Notes under the pieces: model-generated
What the model saw: only the letters and a program-made list of their open reading frames with translations
Told to the model about the DNA's origin: nothing
Database searches by the model: none
Position numbers and translations under genes: made by a program
Part shown: one piece after another, positions 1 to 12,203 of the stretch
Position numbering within the stretch: the stretch's first letter is position 1
How the letters are laid out: each line of letters opens with the position of its first letter
Assembly (NCBI GenBank): GCA_012862495.1
Contig: BLSG01000387.1
Location: 1-64,000, forward strand
Direction of reading: 5' to 3'
Length of the DNA: 64,000 nucleotides
Source of the DNA: Thraustochytrium aureum
Taxonomy: Eukaryota

Positions 1-5
1 AATGC

Positions 6-1121
6 TTGCGTGGTGGCGGGATAGTTGACCTTGAAAAGGAAAACGAACTCTTGCGACAGGAGATTCGCAAGCACAAGGCGTTCATCGGGGATATCGTACA
101 GTCGGTGCGCAACGAGCTCCCTGCCCTCTGCATATCCGACAAGCAACGCATGGTCCAGGGTCTGCTGGATAGCGCTGTGGGCCAAGCGCTCGGGCTCGCG
201 TACACGGCGCGCAGCGACACAACGTGGACATCCGGAACGCCTGCGCATATTGCCAAGTCTGACGCACCACTCAGGTTCCAGTACCTCCCGCTCGGGTCCA
301 CGAGGCAGACTGCCGAGCGGCTCAACGTCACGCTTGAGTTTCGCAACCTCCCTGTGGCCCATGACAGATTGGCAGAGTACACCGTCAACATGTGGTCCAA
401 TGTGGACCACTTGGCACGTGTTTACAACTGCGGGCTCGAGAAGGCCGGACATCTCGTGGAGTCTGTTCTACCAGATTCCTGGAAACAGTTTGCCCCCGAT
501 GTGCACATGGTTCGGATACGAAAGCCAGAACCCGGCCTTGACTTGGACGAGGCCGCGCTCACTGGAGGCGACGAAGGTGTCATGCTGGTGGTGACTTCCA
601 AGCGGCTCGAGGTTTACCCGCAGACCATCGCGTCGCGATATAGTCGCCCAGACCTTGTCTCGCTTCCACCCTGCGAGGGCCGTGTTGTCGTGGAGGTTAC
701 GACGCCGCCCGGCGTCATCGAAGACGACTCGAGCACCTTGGCCGGCGCCTCCGACAACACGTCAGTCAGCACCGGGAACGCCTCATGTGAGCGGCCCGGT
801 TCCCCGTTGGCTTCTGTCGTCAGCAGCAACAACCCGATGCAGGCGTCCGTTTTGAAATCGGTCATCATGTGGCCGGCTCTCGACAACCCGGCTCAAACGG
901 ACGCCGTTATGGTTGCCTCATACCCAGTTGGCAATATCAGGATGCGGAACTTGCGTGGTATCCGGCTGCCTTCGGTAAGCGATGACGGCGCGCTTGACGA
1001 GCAATACGTTTTCAACGTGAACAGGCACCTCGAGTTCGGGTTGTGGCCGAATGTTTCTGGCTCCGTTGCGCCGCCGCCGGAAGCCAACCCTAGCGGTAGC
1101 GTCGTGCCGAACGCATCGTAG
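6..1121 (+). CDS. Hypothetical protein (probably 5'-truncated by the window edge)
   Basis: 371-codon open frame with protein-like composition and a short N-terminal coiled coil (LEKENELLRQEIRK). No in-frame ATG near the start and no family recognised. Confidence 0.55.
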   Translation: MRGGGIVDLEKENELLRQEIRKHKAFIGDIVQSVRNELPALCISDKQRMVQGLLDSAVGQALGLAYTARSDTTWTSGTPAHIAKSDAPLRFQYLPLGSTRQTAERLNVTLEFRNLPVAHDRLAEYTVNMWSNVDHLARVYNCGLEKAGHLVESVLPDSWKQFAPDVHMVRIRKPEPGLDLDEAALTGGDEGVMLVVTSKRLEVYPQTIASRYSRPDLVSLPPCEGRVVVEVTTPPGVIEDDSSTLAGASDNTSVSTGNASCERPGSPLASVVSSNNPMQASVLKSVIMWPALDNPAQTDAVMVASYPVGNIRMRNLRGIRLPSVSDDGALDEQYVFNVNRHLEFGLWPNVSGSVAPPPEANPSGSVVPNAS

Positions 1122-1400
1122 TAGCTAATTGACACTCATCAGGGGCGAGTGCGCAGAGTAGTAGCCGAGTCCCAAGACTCCCCACCGTTCGAACGATGAA
1201 TAAACGAACGACGAAAAAAATCCGTGTAACCAACCACCGCACCTCCAGCTCCAGCCACCTCCAGCAGTGGCTCTGTGTGGCAGGCCGCGAGCAGGCTCTG
1301 CTGACGAGGAGGTTCCATTGCACCAGAACAGAACTGACCCCAGGCCGCTGCACACCTTGCGGAGTCGACCGGGCGGAGCCAACTCCTCTCTCGCGAGACC

Positions 1401-2327
1401 ATGTGGGCCAACGCGGCCTTGTTTAGGCCGGTGTTGCGCGCAGCCTTGCCGCGCGCCACCCGCACAGGCCAGAAGCAGATAGCCCCGCAGAGCCTCAGCC
1501 GGGGCATGGCTGGCCACAGCAAGTGGGCCAACATTCAGCACCGCAAAGGGCGCAATGACAAGGTGAAAGCTGCCACGAACACGAGGATGGCCCGCGCGGT
1601 CCAGACCGCCGTCACCAACAACGGCGGCGACCCTGACCCGAACACCAACTTTCACCTCGACGCGGCCATGCGCCGCGCGCACAAAGCGGGCGTTCCGAAC
1701 GCCGTCATTATGCGCGCCATCGAGAACGCCACCGGCAAACACCACTCCGGCCAGCTCCACCACGTCACTTACGAGGGAAGCGGCCCGGGCGGCGCGCTCT
1801 TCATCGTTGAAGCGCTCACCGACAACAAGAACCGGACCGCCCCGAATGTGCGCCACATCTTCCGGTCGCACGGCGGCCACATGGAGGCCAAGACGGCCGA
1901 CTTTGCCTTTGAAACAAGAGGCTACATGGAAGTCGACGTTGCGAGCACCAAGGCCGCGACGGACATGCTGGCCGTCGCTGCAGCCGAAGGCGCCACCGAC
2001 TTTAATGTCCCTGACGACCTACCGGAGGCCACGCCCGACCAAGAACAGCCTGCGGTTGCTCACGCAGACGCGCCCAAAGGCAGCGGCAACGTCAGCGATG
2101 GCCCTCAGCCTCAGCATGCACAGGTTTACTGTGAACACAAGGACGTCATGCACCTCTCCAAGGCTCTCAAGGCGAGTGGGTTCCACGTGTCGAATGAGCG
2201 CATTATTCGATTTCCTACCCAAACCGTCAGTATCGAAGATGATGAAACACTCAACACCCTCCACAAGCTCGTCGAAGCGCTCGAGGAGGACGAGGACATT
2301 TCAGAGGTCTTTCACAATATTCTATAG
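1401..2327 (+). CDS. TACO1: YebC/PmpR/TACO1-family protein, mitochondrial
   Basis: MAGHSKWANIQHRKG signature, YEGSGPGG, EALTDNKNRT and C-terminal LEEDEDISEVFHN. Preceded by an Arg/Ala-rich presequence. Confidence 0.93.
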   Translation: MWANAALFRPVLRAALPRATRTGQKQIAPQSLSRGMAGHSKWANIQHRKGRNDKVKAATNTRMARAVQTAVTNNGGDPDPNTNFHLDAAMRRAHKAGVPNAVIMRAIENATGKHHSGQLHHVTYEGSGPGGALFIVEALTDNKNRTAPNVRHIFRSHGGHMEAKTADFAFETRGYMEVDVASTKAATDMLAVAAAEGATDFNVPDDLPEATPDQEQPAVAHADAPKGSGNVSDGPQPQHAQVYCEHKDVMHLSKALKASGFHVSNERIIRFPTQTVSIEDDETLNTLHKLVEALEEDEDISEVFHNIL

Positions 2328-3545
2328 GTCAAACCCGTTGACACTAACGCCGTTCGACCCGTTTGGAAGGATAATTTTCAATCCCGGCCCTTTCCCATTC
2401 TGCCACTTGCGTGACTAAAGCTGGTTGGGATCGTGTGTTGCAAGGCCTCGACGGATGTCCTTCGTAAATGCCATGGTTTTCAATGGCATGACATGGAGCT
2501 ACGCCGGTTCAGTGCCAGGAACCAGGGCATTCCTGAGGCTCACGATGCTGCACGCCACGGCGCCTGCGTATGCGGCGAGCCATGGAACGACCTCACGGGC
2601 CGTGTAGCCTTCGGAAAGCACCAGCCACGAAGCCATGGTGCTGGGACCCCTACCCGACGTACAGTATGTATGTATTCTCACGCGCCGGAACGCAGAGACC
2701 GGTGCCAAGCCCAGTCAAGGGCTTCCCAGCCCATGCAACAACCTCGAGCAACCAACCACTCGGTTCCCAAAGCGATGCCTTGTAGCTGTTCTGCTGCCCT
2801 CGGCTTTCATGCTTTGCGCCGCGACTGCAAGCCTGCGTTGCCGCTCTCTTCCTTCTCTCGCACGCGAGCGCGCGAGGCCCTCGATACACTCCTTTCACTG
2901 TTTTGCGAAGAAGAAAAACCCAAAGGGCGAGAGAGCGACGCAAGCACACTCGACGCGGGAGTGCGGCGCTTTCGCTGGCCAATACCTACCTAACTAGCTA
3001 GAGCCAGCCCGGAAACAACAAACGTCGACGAGGCGGCTTCGTTCATCCTCCATCGATCCCCGGCAGGACCATCGACATGGATCGTCCCACCCCTGCCTGC
3101 CTGAGACACCTCGCACATTCGCACCGTGATCCAGCACCAACCACCGCCAAACCCCGCGTCAAACACACCATATGTAGACCGCCCCAGCACCAGCAGGCGC
3201 GCCATCCAGCTCAGCTGCCTCCGCCCGACAGCCGGTCGCACGGCCGACCTCCCGCGCCACCTCCTCCTCCTCCTCCCCCGCCTCTCCCACGCCTACCGGC
3301 CATGTCCTGCACGACCTCAGTCCAGCCTCGATACGCAAGGTGCCGCGGCCCCTGGCTTTCCTCTGTCGCCCCTCCATCAACAAGCAAGCAAGGGGCGTCC
3401 CTGTATAGCGGGGAGAGTGCATAGAGGGGCGCGGAGGCGCGCAGGCGGTCAGAGCGGCCAGCGGCGGGCGGCAGTTCCCGAGCGCGGACGGGTTCGGAGC
3501 GCGGGCGCCTCGCGGGGGCGATACTCGGGGCCTCTACGCGGGTGT

Positions 3546-3657
3546 TTGACGCCGGGAGCTTGACGCCGGGAGCTTGACGCCGGGAGCTTGACGCCGGGTG
3601 CTTGACGCCGGGAGCTTGACGCCGGGAGCTTGACGCCGGGTGCTTCACGCCGGGGGC
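3546..3657. repeat. 14-bp tandem minisatellite (TTGACGCCGGG[A/T]GC) x8, decaying to ~3790
   Basis: Units read directly at 3546, 3560, 3574, 3588, 3602, 3616, 3630 and 3644. Confidence 0.95.
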
Positions 3658-3941
3658 GTTTCGCAGGGGGCTTGGCTCGGGGGGGGGGCGGGGGCTTGTT
3701 TTACGCCGGGGGCTCGACGCAGGGGGCTTGATTGTAAAAGAAACAACGCCAGGGGCTTTACTCGGGCGCTTGACGTCGGGGCTTGACACCAGGCTCCATC
3801 GGCGGGGTTGGTTTCGAGAGCGCTGCGCGCGCGTTTCCTGTTGTCCTTGTACGCGTCAGATCAGATTGCAGGCCTGGAGCGAGAGACAGGCGTGGCTACT
3901 CGCCCGCGCGAGCAAGTTTGCATTTAAGCGCGCGGCGCGCG

Positions 3942-6900
3942 ATGGCGACGGATCAGGCCCTCGTTGACTGGGCAAAGTACCTCAAGTGCCCCAGCAGCGA
4001 ACTAGCAGCTCCTGGGCGCACCTTGCTGTACGAGACGGCAGCGCTTGAGACGGCCGTGCCAGGGTCCAAGAGGAACAACCAGGTCCAGATCCTGGTCTGC
4101 AACGACACGCTCGTGCTGTCGCAAATGAAGAAAAAGTCGACTTTCTCGCGCAAGCGCCCGGACCTCGGCTGGGTCGCGACAGGCGGACTCGCCGTCGACT
4201 TTGACGAGGGGACCAACGCTATCACACTTGTCCCGGACGGAAACCACGCCGAGGAAAAGCTGCTCTTGTGCAGCACGAGCGCTGTCTTCAACGAGCTGCA
4301 AGCTGCGCTTTGCAAGGCCATCGCTGCTGGACAGTCCGCGCGGCGGCTTAGCCGCAGCTCAACGAACGGCGGCGGCGGCGGCGGCGGCGAAACTGGCAAC
4401 GACGGCGCCACGGAGGAAAAAATCTCCAACAACGCCGGGTTTGGTGGGCACAAAGGTGGCAGCAGTAGGAGCAGCCGCAGCAGCGCCGGTTCCAACGACC
4501 CGGCCGTTTCAAACGAGGCAAGCGCGGCCGCCGCCGAAGAGGAAGAGGCCATGATGGAGGGCGTCAAAACCACTGCCGTTTTTGAGCGCATGACAATGTG
4601 GGTCGATGGGTCGAGCGGGGGGGGCAGCGAGACGGCCAAGGAGGAGGTGCAGTGCATCAAAATCTTTCGCGAGATCGTGGACACGGAGCGTACGTATGTG
4701 CAAGACCTGCGCAAGCTGGCCAGCGAGTACATCCACCCGCTGCGGCTCGCCGCAGACAAGGACGACCGACTCATCACCGCCGAAGACATCTCGCTCATGT
4801 TTAACAACGTGGAGAGCATTCTCAAGGTGAACTCCGAGCTCCTACACAGTCTGCAGACGGGCGTGCTCCGCATCAGCCGAAACGGCGAGATTCCCACCCT
4901 TTGCGAGGTGGCCGGCGTTTTCGCCAAAGAGTTTGTGCGCGTGATCCCCTTCTTCAAGATGTACTCTGTGTACTGCCACAACTACAACGCTGCGCTTGAG
5001 CGTATGACCCACATGCGCGAGACGAACCGCGAGCTGGCCAATATTTTGCAGCGGCGCGAGGCGCGCAAGAAAAACCAGCAGGCCTCGCTGCAGAGCCTTC
5101 TCATCAAGCCCGTGCAGCGCATCTGCAAGTACCCGCTCCTCTTTCGCGAGTTGCTCAACAACATGAACAAGATCGCCGCGGTGCGCAAGGACGACTCGGA
5201 CTTTAGCCAGCACGTCGTCGAGCTGGGCAATGCCGCAACTGTGGTGCAGGGAATCTCCAACACCGTCAACACAAAAGTGAGCGAGGCGGAGAGCCAGGAC
5301 CAGGTCATGAAGGTTTTTCTCGAGCTCGGCGGCGAGACGGGATGCCCCGGGCTGGTGACGCCGTCGCGCCGCTTCGTGGGCACCGAGGAGGTGCTGATGC
5401 GCGAGGCCCCCTTTGCGGAAAACCGGCGCCAGCGCTACAGGCTCTACCTCTTCAACGATCTCATCATTTTTGCGCGCCTGCAGAACGGCACGCTTGGCAA
5501 AATGGGGGGCACGCTCGGCCGAACGCTCACCTCCAAGAGCAAGGCCAAGGTATCGCACTGCTTCGACCTCGACCAGTGCAAGGGCGTCAAATCTCTCAAC
5601 TACCTCGACGAAGACGGGCGCCACGCGTTCGAGCTGCGTCGCGTTTTCCGCGTCGAGCGAGCCGCGTCCAAGCCCTCCTCCATCGTGGCAGGCATGGGCA
5701 TTGGCATTGTCGGGATCGGGTCCTCGAGCAGCACCGCTGCGGGCGGCAACTCTGCATCGGCTTCCAGTTCGTCTGGCGCCGCCGGCGCCTCTTCGACTGC
5801 TGGTCCAAGCGCGGCGGGCGCGCGCAAGACGACGCAGATCCAGCGGTTCGAGGTCTGGTGCGACAACAAGGCGGCGGCCGACGCGCTCATGAGCAGCATC
5901 CAGGTCGCTCTTGAGGCGTTGGAGGAAGCGCAAGGCAGGCGCGAAGGGGCCATCCCTGGTCGTGGGAAGGCGCGCGGGTGGGCGTCGCGGACGCGCACAC
6001 GGACTTGGCGCGCAAGCTACAATGGGACTGGTTCGAGCCGCACGCTCGACGGGACGGGGGACGGCGCTTCGGTCGCAGACGATGCCTCGGACGCGGGTGG
6101 GTCGCTCTACGGCTCGGCCTCGCTGCACCGCGGGTCCGCCTCGATGACCGCCGCAGCAGCGGTGGCGGCGGCGACCCGCGCGAGAGCTGGAAGCGCGGGT
6201 CTTGTGCCTGGAGACGACAGCGTCACGGGCGGCGGGTCCTTTTGCAGCGCGTACACGGCCGCAACGCAGCTGTCACCGGCGTCGCCGGCGAGATCACAGG
6301 CAGGAACCCTGGCGAGGCGAAAGTCGCTGGAGAAGCCCGGGGCGCAGCAGCTGTCGCTGGACGGCCTTAGATCGCGCTACATGCCGACGCAGGTGATAAA
6401 GCCGGACGCCGCATCTGGCAGCGCCCTGCGCGTCGACGTCGAGTTCCCCGCGGGTCCGCTCGGGCTGGCCCTGGAGAACAGCAAGCGTCCAAAGGGCGTC
6501 CTCGTTGCGTGCGTAGCGGCGCTGAGCGTGGCCGAACGTGGCGGCCTCGCCCTCGGGGACCGTGTCATTGCAGTTGGCGGGAACGACATCCCCGAGGACG
6601 CGACCTGGGATCAGGTCGTCGACATCATCAAGAGCCTCCCGCGCCCGCTTACGATTTCGTTCGAGCGCACCGCCGAGTCGTTTGCTGTTGGCGAGGCCAA
6701 GGCACGTGCTATCGGCGACTCGGGAGGGCTCCAAGAGGCTGGCCAAGGGCCTGCCGCCGGACNNNNNNNNNNNNNNNNNNNNNNNNNNNNNNNNNNNNNN
6801 NNNNNNNNNNNNNNNNNNNNNNNNNNNNNNNNNNNNNNNNNNNNNNNNNNNNNNNNNNNNNNNNNNNNNNNNNNNGCCGCCCAAAGCGCGCAGGTGCGGG

Positions 6901-8662
6901 GGCGTCCGGCGGCGGCGGCGAGTCCTGCTCGCCTCCCAGCGGCCAAGCGCCAAGCCCCAACGCGGCGGAGGGCGGGCTGCCTAGGGCGGCCGAGGGCGCC
7001 TCCCCACCCCCAGCTTCCGCCCCCACGGCCGGCGTGACTTCCAGCGCTGCACGCACGGGTCAGCGGCAGTGGGCCGCCAAGTTGGACCGGCGCAAGGCTT
7101 CCATGGGCACGTCGCGGCTGCTCTCTTTGAACGAGCTGGAGGCCTGCTACGTGGCCTCGGGCAAGGCGGTGGATAGCACGGCTTCCACGGCAGATCGCGC
7201 GTTCGCCGCGATCGAGGCTCAAGGGCCAGAACTGGCCAAGGTGGTCGCTGTGCTTCGCGAAACGCTCGACACGGAGCGCTCGTATGTGCGCGACCTGCGC
7301 AAGCTGATGGGCGAGTACATGCTGCCGCTGCGGCAGGGTCGCACGTCCAACAACCAGCCCCTGCTGGACTCTGAGGACGAGCAGACCATCTTTCTCAACG
7401 TCGAGGGCATCCTCAAGCTGAACGCCGAGCTGCTCAAGGGCCTGAGCGACAAGCTGTGCGCGCTCGGCGACGCCGCCACGCTGGACGCGGTCGTCGCGCT
7501 GTTTGCGCGGGAGCTGCTAACGATTATGCCCTTCTTCAAAGCCTACGCGACCTACTGCCACCGTTACGGCGGCGCTCTCGCGCGCCTCGTCGCCGTGCGG
7601 CAAGGTAGCGCCCTGGTGGACCAGTTCCTCGAGCAGCGCGAGAGCCGCCCGGAGAACAAGCACTCGTCGCTGCAGAGTCTCCTCATCAAGCCTGTGCAGC
7701 GCATCTGCAAGTACCCCTTGCTGGTGCGCAGTTTGCGCGAGGCAGTAGGCAAGGTTGCTTCCTTGGATCCGCAGACGCTCGAAGAGCTGGGCTCGGCTGC
7801 CGGGGCCGTGGAGCTTATCGCCGCGCAGGTCAACAAGATGGTCAGCATCGCCGAAAACGTCGACAAAGTGGTGGCCATCTACCGGCAGCTCGGGGGCCAG
7901 GCAGGCTGCGGCGAGCTCGTTCTCGTCGAGCCGCACCGCCGCTTTGTATCCTTGCACGAGGTTGTGGTTGTCAAGGCCCCGTTCCACGCGGCCAAGCCGC
8001 ACAAGCAGACCTTGTTCCTTTTCAACGATCGAATCATTCTTGCCGAGAGCAAGAAACGCAACTCGGGCTCCGGTGGCGGCACCGCAGCTGGCGCCACGGA
8101 CGCGGACAGCTCGACGGGGGCTGGCGTGTACAAGCTCGTTGACTGCATCGACCTGCGCAAGTGCGACGTCAAGGTTTTATCCAGCATGTCAGGCACAAAG
8201 CTGCTCCAGGCGCCTTCGCCGCGCGCGGAGGCCACCTTTCAGCTCACGCAGGTCTCGCGCGCGGTTGTGAGTGGGAACGGCTCTATCGGCCCCGCCTCCA
8301 CGTCGGCCAGCGCGGCGCAAGGGTCGACGACCAACTCGGCGAACGCGCGCGTGACCACGTGCATTGAAAAGTTCCGCATCACGTGCGCGTCAAAGGAGAT
8401 GTGCGCGGCAGTTTCGGAGGCGATCTCAGCCGAGGTCGATGCGCTCGTCGAGCTCGACACCTCTAACCGTGTCATATCCGCTTCGGTCGCCGGAGCGGGT
8501 GAGGCCGCGCAAGGTTCCAAGGGCGGGGCTGGCGTCAAGCTGCGCAACTGGAACGTCAAGCGCGGAGGCACGGGCGGCAAGATCTCTCTCGCCGAGATGG
8601 AGAACAGGTACAACCAGAACGCGACGGGGACCGAAGTGCCATCGACCGCTCCATCCGTCTAG
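3942..8662 (+). CDS. Dbl-family RhoGEF: PH-like, DH-PH, PDZ, DH-PH (spans gap 6763-6875)
   Basis: Two DH domains (EIVDTERTYVQDL / ETLDTERSYVRDL, both with SLQSLLIKPVQRICKYPLL), each followed by a PH domain (LYLFNDLIIF / LFLFNDRIIL). PDZ between them (GPLGLAL...AERGGLALGDRVIAVGG). ATG at 3942. Joining the two ORFs across the gap is inferred. Confidence 0.88.
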
Positions 8663-8868
8663 CCTCTGTCCCGACCAGCCCGAGCGCAGTGCGAATGGTA
8701 CCGCCGGCTTGTACAGCGAGAAAGGCGAGCACTGTGCGCTTCTCCATGGCGCCGGCCGTGACGATAGGTTGAGAAACAATTCGAAGAACAGACCACGGCT
8801 GCAAACTAAGCATTTCGTTCGGCTACCGATCTGCAACGAGCTTGGCCGAGCCGACGCGTCGCGACGCG

Positions 8869-9421
8869 CTACCCGCCGACGGGCCGTTTGGCGCTGTCGT
8901 TGAGCGTGCGTGTTTGCGCGGTTTCCCAAGCCCTGATCTTGCGCTGCATCTGCTCGTCCTTGGCCGCTGCCTCGTACAACAGGTAGTTGCTCAGCGCGCG
9001 AACAGCATTGTACTTGAGGGCCTCGATCTGCTCCTCGTCCTGCACGTCCTTGTTGCGTCGAAACTCTTGCCCCACGACGCGTCTCAAGTTGACGCCTTTC
9101 GGGCTCTGCGTTGTCCGTCTCGTCAGCGCCACCAAGACCAGCCCCGGCTCGCCAACGCATGCATCTCCCCCGCACAGAGAGGACCAGCTCCACCTCTTCG
9201 CTCGGCGCCCTGAGCCAAGCCGCGTGCAGCGGCCGCCAGACAAGACAGCCCTCCACCCAGCGCACCCACCACCCGTCGCCATCCATCCATCCGTCCATCT
9301 ATCCATCCATCCTCCCGTGAGACGGGCGTCAACTTACGTCGCCAGCAATGTGGCGCACGAGCCGCAGGCTATCGCGATACAGCTGCGTTGTCGTCTTGAA
9401 CCCTCCGGCACGGCCTGCCAT
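8869..9421 (-). CDS. LYR-motif (Complex1_LYR-like) mitochondrial protein, 2 exons (9421-9338, 9105-8869), 106 aa
   Basis: Exon 1 MAGRAGGFKTTTQLYRDSLRLVRHIAGD ends at a GTAAGT donor (9337). A CAG acceptor at 9106 joins in frame to SPKGVNLRRVVGQEFRRNKDVQDEEQIEALK, giving the LYR...EFR pattern. Confidence 0.85.
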
Positions 9422-9566
9422 CGCGGCCGACCCCGTCCGTCTTCGCGCGCGCACTCGAGGACGAGTTGCAGTTTTGGGCTGAGCAAAAGAATGGAAACGG
9501 TGTTGTAGGTCGTTGTTGATGCTATTGCTGCAACAGCCGCGCTCACGCTGCCGTTGCTGCTGGTTG

Positions 9567-9622
<56 letters not shown>

Positions 9623-9623
9623 C
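9567..9623. repeat. (GCCT)n microsatellite
   Basis: About 14 tandem GCCT units. Confidence 0.95.
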
Positions 9624-9725
9624 CCGCATGGCTGCTAGCCTGCGCGGCTCCGCTCGGTGCGGCAACCGTCCTGTTGGGGCGCGGCTTGACGGGCTGGGCG
9701 ACTGGCCCGAGCCGCTGTGGCACGG

Positions 9726-11161
9726 CTAGAGGAGAACAATTCCGATCTGGCTCTGCGGCATAGCGGGCACGGCGTAGTTGTACAGGTAGTAGTGCAGACG
9801 GCCGTCGCCCTCGCCGAACTTGAGGTCCTTGAGGAAGGAGCTGTTTTCCATGAGGTCGAGCGCATTGAAGACGTCAAAGTCGGTGCTCTTGGCAAAGACG
9901 AGCGCGTCCGACATGAGGTCCTTGAGCGAGACCGTGGTGGCCACGTTGTAGAACGAGTAGGCCGCCTTGAGCATGCTGTGCTTGGGATGGTTGAGCACAG
10001 AGCTGGGCAGGTTGTAAAAGCTGCAAAAGTCGGTGACCTTGCCGCCCACCTCGACGACGTACGAGTAGATGACGTTGGGGCGCGGGAGGAACCAATGCGC
10101 GACCTCCTCCTCGTCAAACTCGATCCAGACCGTGAACTTTTTCAAGTAGTTGTAGAGCAAGGCCTGCACCTGCTTGACGTCGCGCGGCTCCATTGCACGG
10201 ATGCCAGGGATCTTGGGCTCGTCGTCCACGCGGTACAGCCGCAGCGTGCGCGCCATGGTCATATGGCTCGGGAGGCGGGAGAACCCAACGTCAATGAGCT
10301 TGCGAGGGTTGAGCGAACGGTGAAAGTACTGCGCGATACCGATCGGGTGGGGATCTTGACGCCTGCCGTGTAAACGGCCTGCCACTGGTCTGTCAAGTTG
10401 ACGCGGCGCGTGACCTCCTTGATGAGGACGGGCGCCAGGCGCTTGGCGCGCAGCTTGCGGTGCACGCAGAGAAAATTGATCTCGGCCATCTTGATGGGCT
10501 TCTCCGGGTCGGCCACATGTGTCTTGCAGGGGATGCCGGTGATCATCGCGCGGAGCCGTTTGTTGTTGCTCTGCCGAACCCCGATATGCCACTCTTTGAA
10601 AAACCCTGGCGCCATCAGAGCCCACCGCAAAAACTCGGGCGAATAGTCAAACCTGAACATGCCGTCGTCGTCCTCGACATAGTTTTCTGTGAGCAGCGTG
10701 TACGCCTCCTTGAGCTCCTCTTCGTCGGCGATGTTGATCGTGCACCACTCGAACCCGCTCGGCAGCGCGTACGGTGTAGAGCGAACCTGGTCTACCGTCT
10801 TGTCCTCGTCGATGGGGCCGATCTTGACCTCCGCTGCGCCTTGGTCGGGCTCGCCCTTGTCCTCGGCGCCCTCCGTCTTTGACTGGGGCACAGGCTGCGA
10901 GCTCCAAAACTTGTGCTCGCGATCTGCCTGCTTGCTATTGTCCTTGATCCCGTACAGCGCGCGCCGCAGCTCCTCCATCTCCTGCCGCGCGTCCTTGGTC
11001 TGGATCGCCTGCCTGACCGCCTCGCTTGCCGCTACGTCCGCGCCCTTTCCAGGAGCTCCCGGTGGCGTCGGCGCAGGCGCCCCGTCCGCGGCGACCGCCA
11101 TCCCCTCGACGCCCTCCGCGACCTTGTCCACGCCCTCAGCGTCCTTGGCGGCGTCCGACAT
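9726..11161 (-). CDS. NMT1: Glycylpeptide N-myristoyltransferase (apparent 1-nt frameshift near 10345)
   Basis: [56 protein letters not shown] and AVYTAG in one frame; [34 protein letters not shown] and GIVLL in the -1 frame. Confidence 0.95.
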
Positions 11162-11298
11162 TGCGCGTGCTCCCGACGTCCGTCACGCCCGCCACGACAC
11201 GGAGCCTAACGCAGGCGTCCGTCCTCCTGGGCCAAACAGTGCAACCTAACGAGCGATAAACTGTGCGCAGCAGCAGCCAGAGCCCCCTTATCGCCTGT

Positions 11299-11352
11299 CT
11301 TCCTGCTTTCCTGCCTGCTTTCCTGCCTGCTTTCCTGCCTGCTTTCCTGCCG

Positions 11353-11385
<33 letters not shown>

Positions 11386-11387
11386 CC
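11299..11387. repeat. Compound (TTCCTGCCTGCT)n/(GCCT)n microsatellite
   Basis: Read directly upstream of the NMT start codon. Confidence 0.9.
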
Positions 11388-11472
11388 GAGCGACTCTCGC
11401 GCGCCGCCTTCGATCAGCGTCTGCTCGTTCGTCGCAGGCGTTAGTCTCACGCGCGTCCACAAGAACACCCCG

Positions 11473-11770
11473 CGTCACGCGCACCCCCCCATACACGCAA
11501 GACAGACGCGCTGCAACGTCACAGCAGCTGACCTCGTGACGGTTGTGGTGCTTCGTCACGAGGGAGGGCCAGCGTGACGTGAGGCACCGCGATGCGGGGT
11601 GGCGTGACGTGGCGCGGCGGTGGATGCGGCCTCGGCACCGCCACGGAGGATCCGCCAGCGTCGCGCCGCGTGGAGCCACGTCACGAGGGACCTCGGCTTA
11701 CCGAGCCGCAAGCGCACGGCGGCCCGCAGTTCCACGCAGGCAGGTCGCACTGCGGCCCTGTGTCACGTGG
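11473..11770. promoter_or_regulatory. Candidate bidirectional promoter with a CGTCAC/GTGACG motif cluster
   Basis: Seven CGTCAC/GTGACG hexamers in 11473-11684 plus GTCACGTG at ~11762, lying between divergent starts at 11161(-) and 12204(+). Confidence 0.5.
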
Positions 11771-12203
11771 AATCGTCGTCGTCAGTTCACGCACACGCAG
11801 CCACCGAGGACGAACGAACGCCTACGGCCAGGAAGAAGGCCGAGCGGCCCGGCAGGCAGGTCCTTGCGTCTCGAACGCTCTTCGGCTCGGGCTGGCGCCG
11901 GCGCGAGCGTCGAGCGCGCACTGTGTGCTGGGCTGGCAAGGCGGATGGAATGGATGCTGGAAACTCCACTTAGTACTTACTCTACTTCATGAGGATGCTC
12001 GTCCTTGGAAGATGGAAGATGGCGCTGGAATGCGAGAGTGTGCACGGGGCGCTCGGCAGACCATCATCACGGGCTTAGCTTGATCGCATTGGCCTCGAGC
12101 CCCATCGGCGGAGGGAGAGCTCGAGCCCCGCGTGCGAAAGCGCTTGCGGCGGCTGCGTTTGGCTGGCCTGCGCGTTGGGCTGCTCGGGCTGCGGCTGCAC
12201 GAG

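Noticed and set aside
9726..11161. NMT (and PGM3) as pseudogenes
   Set aside because: All catalytic motifs are intact on both sides of a single indel in a homopolymer context; an assembly error is more parsimonious.
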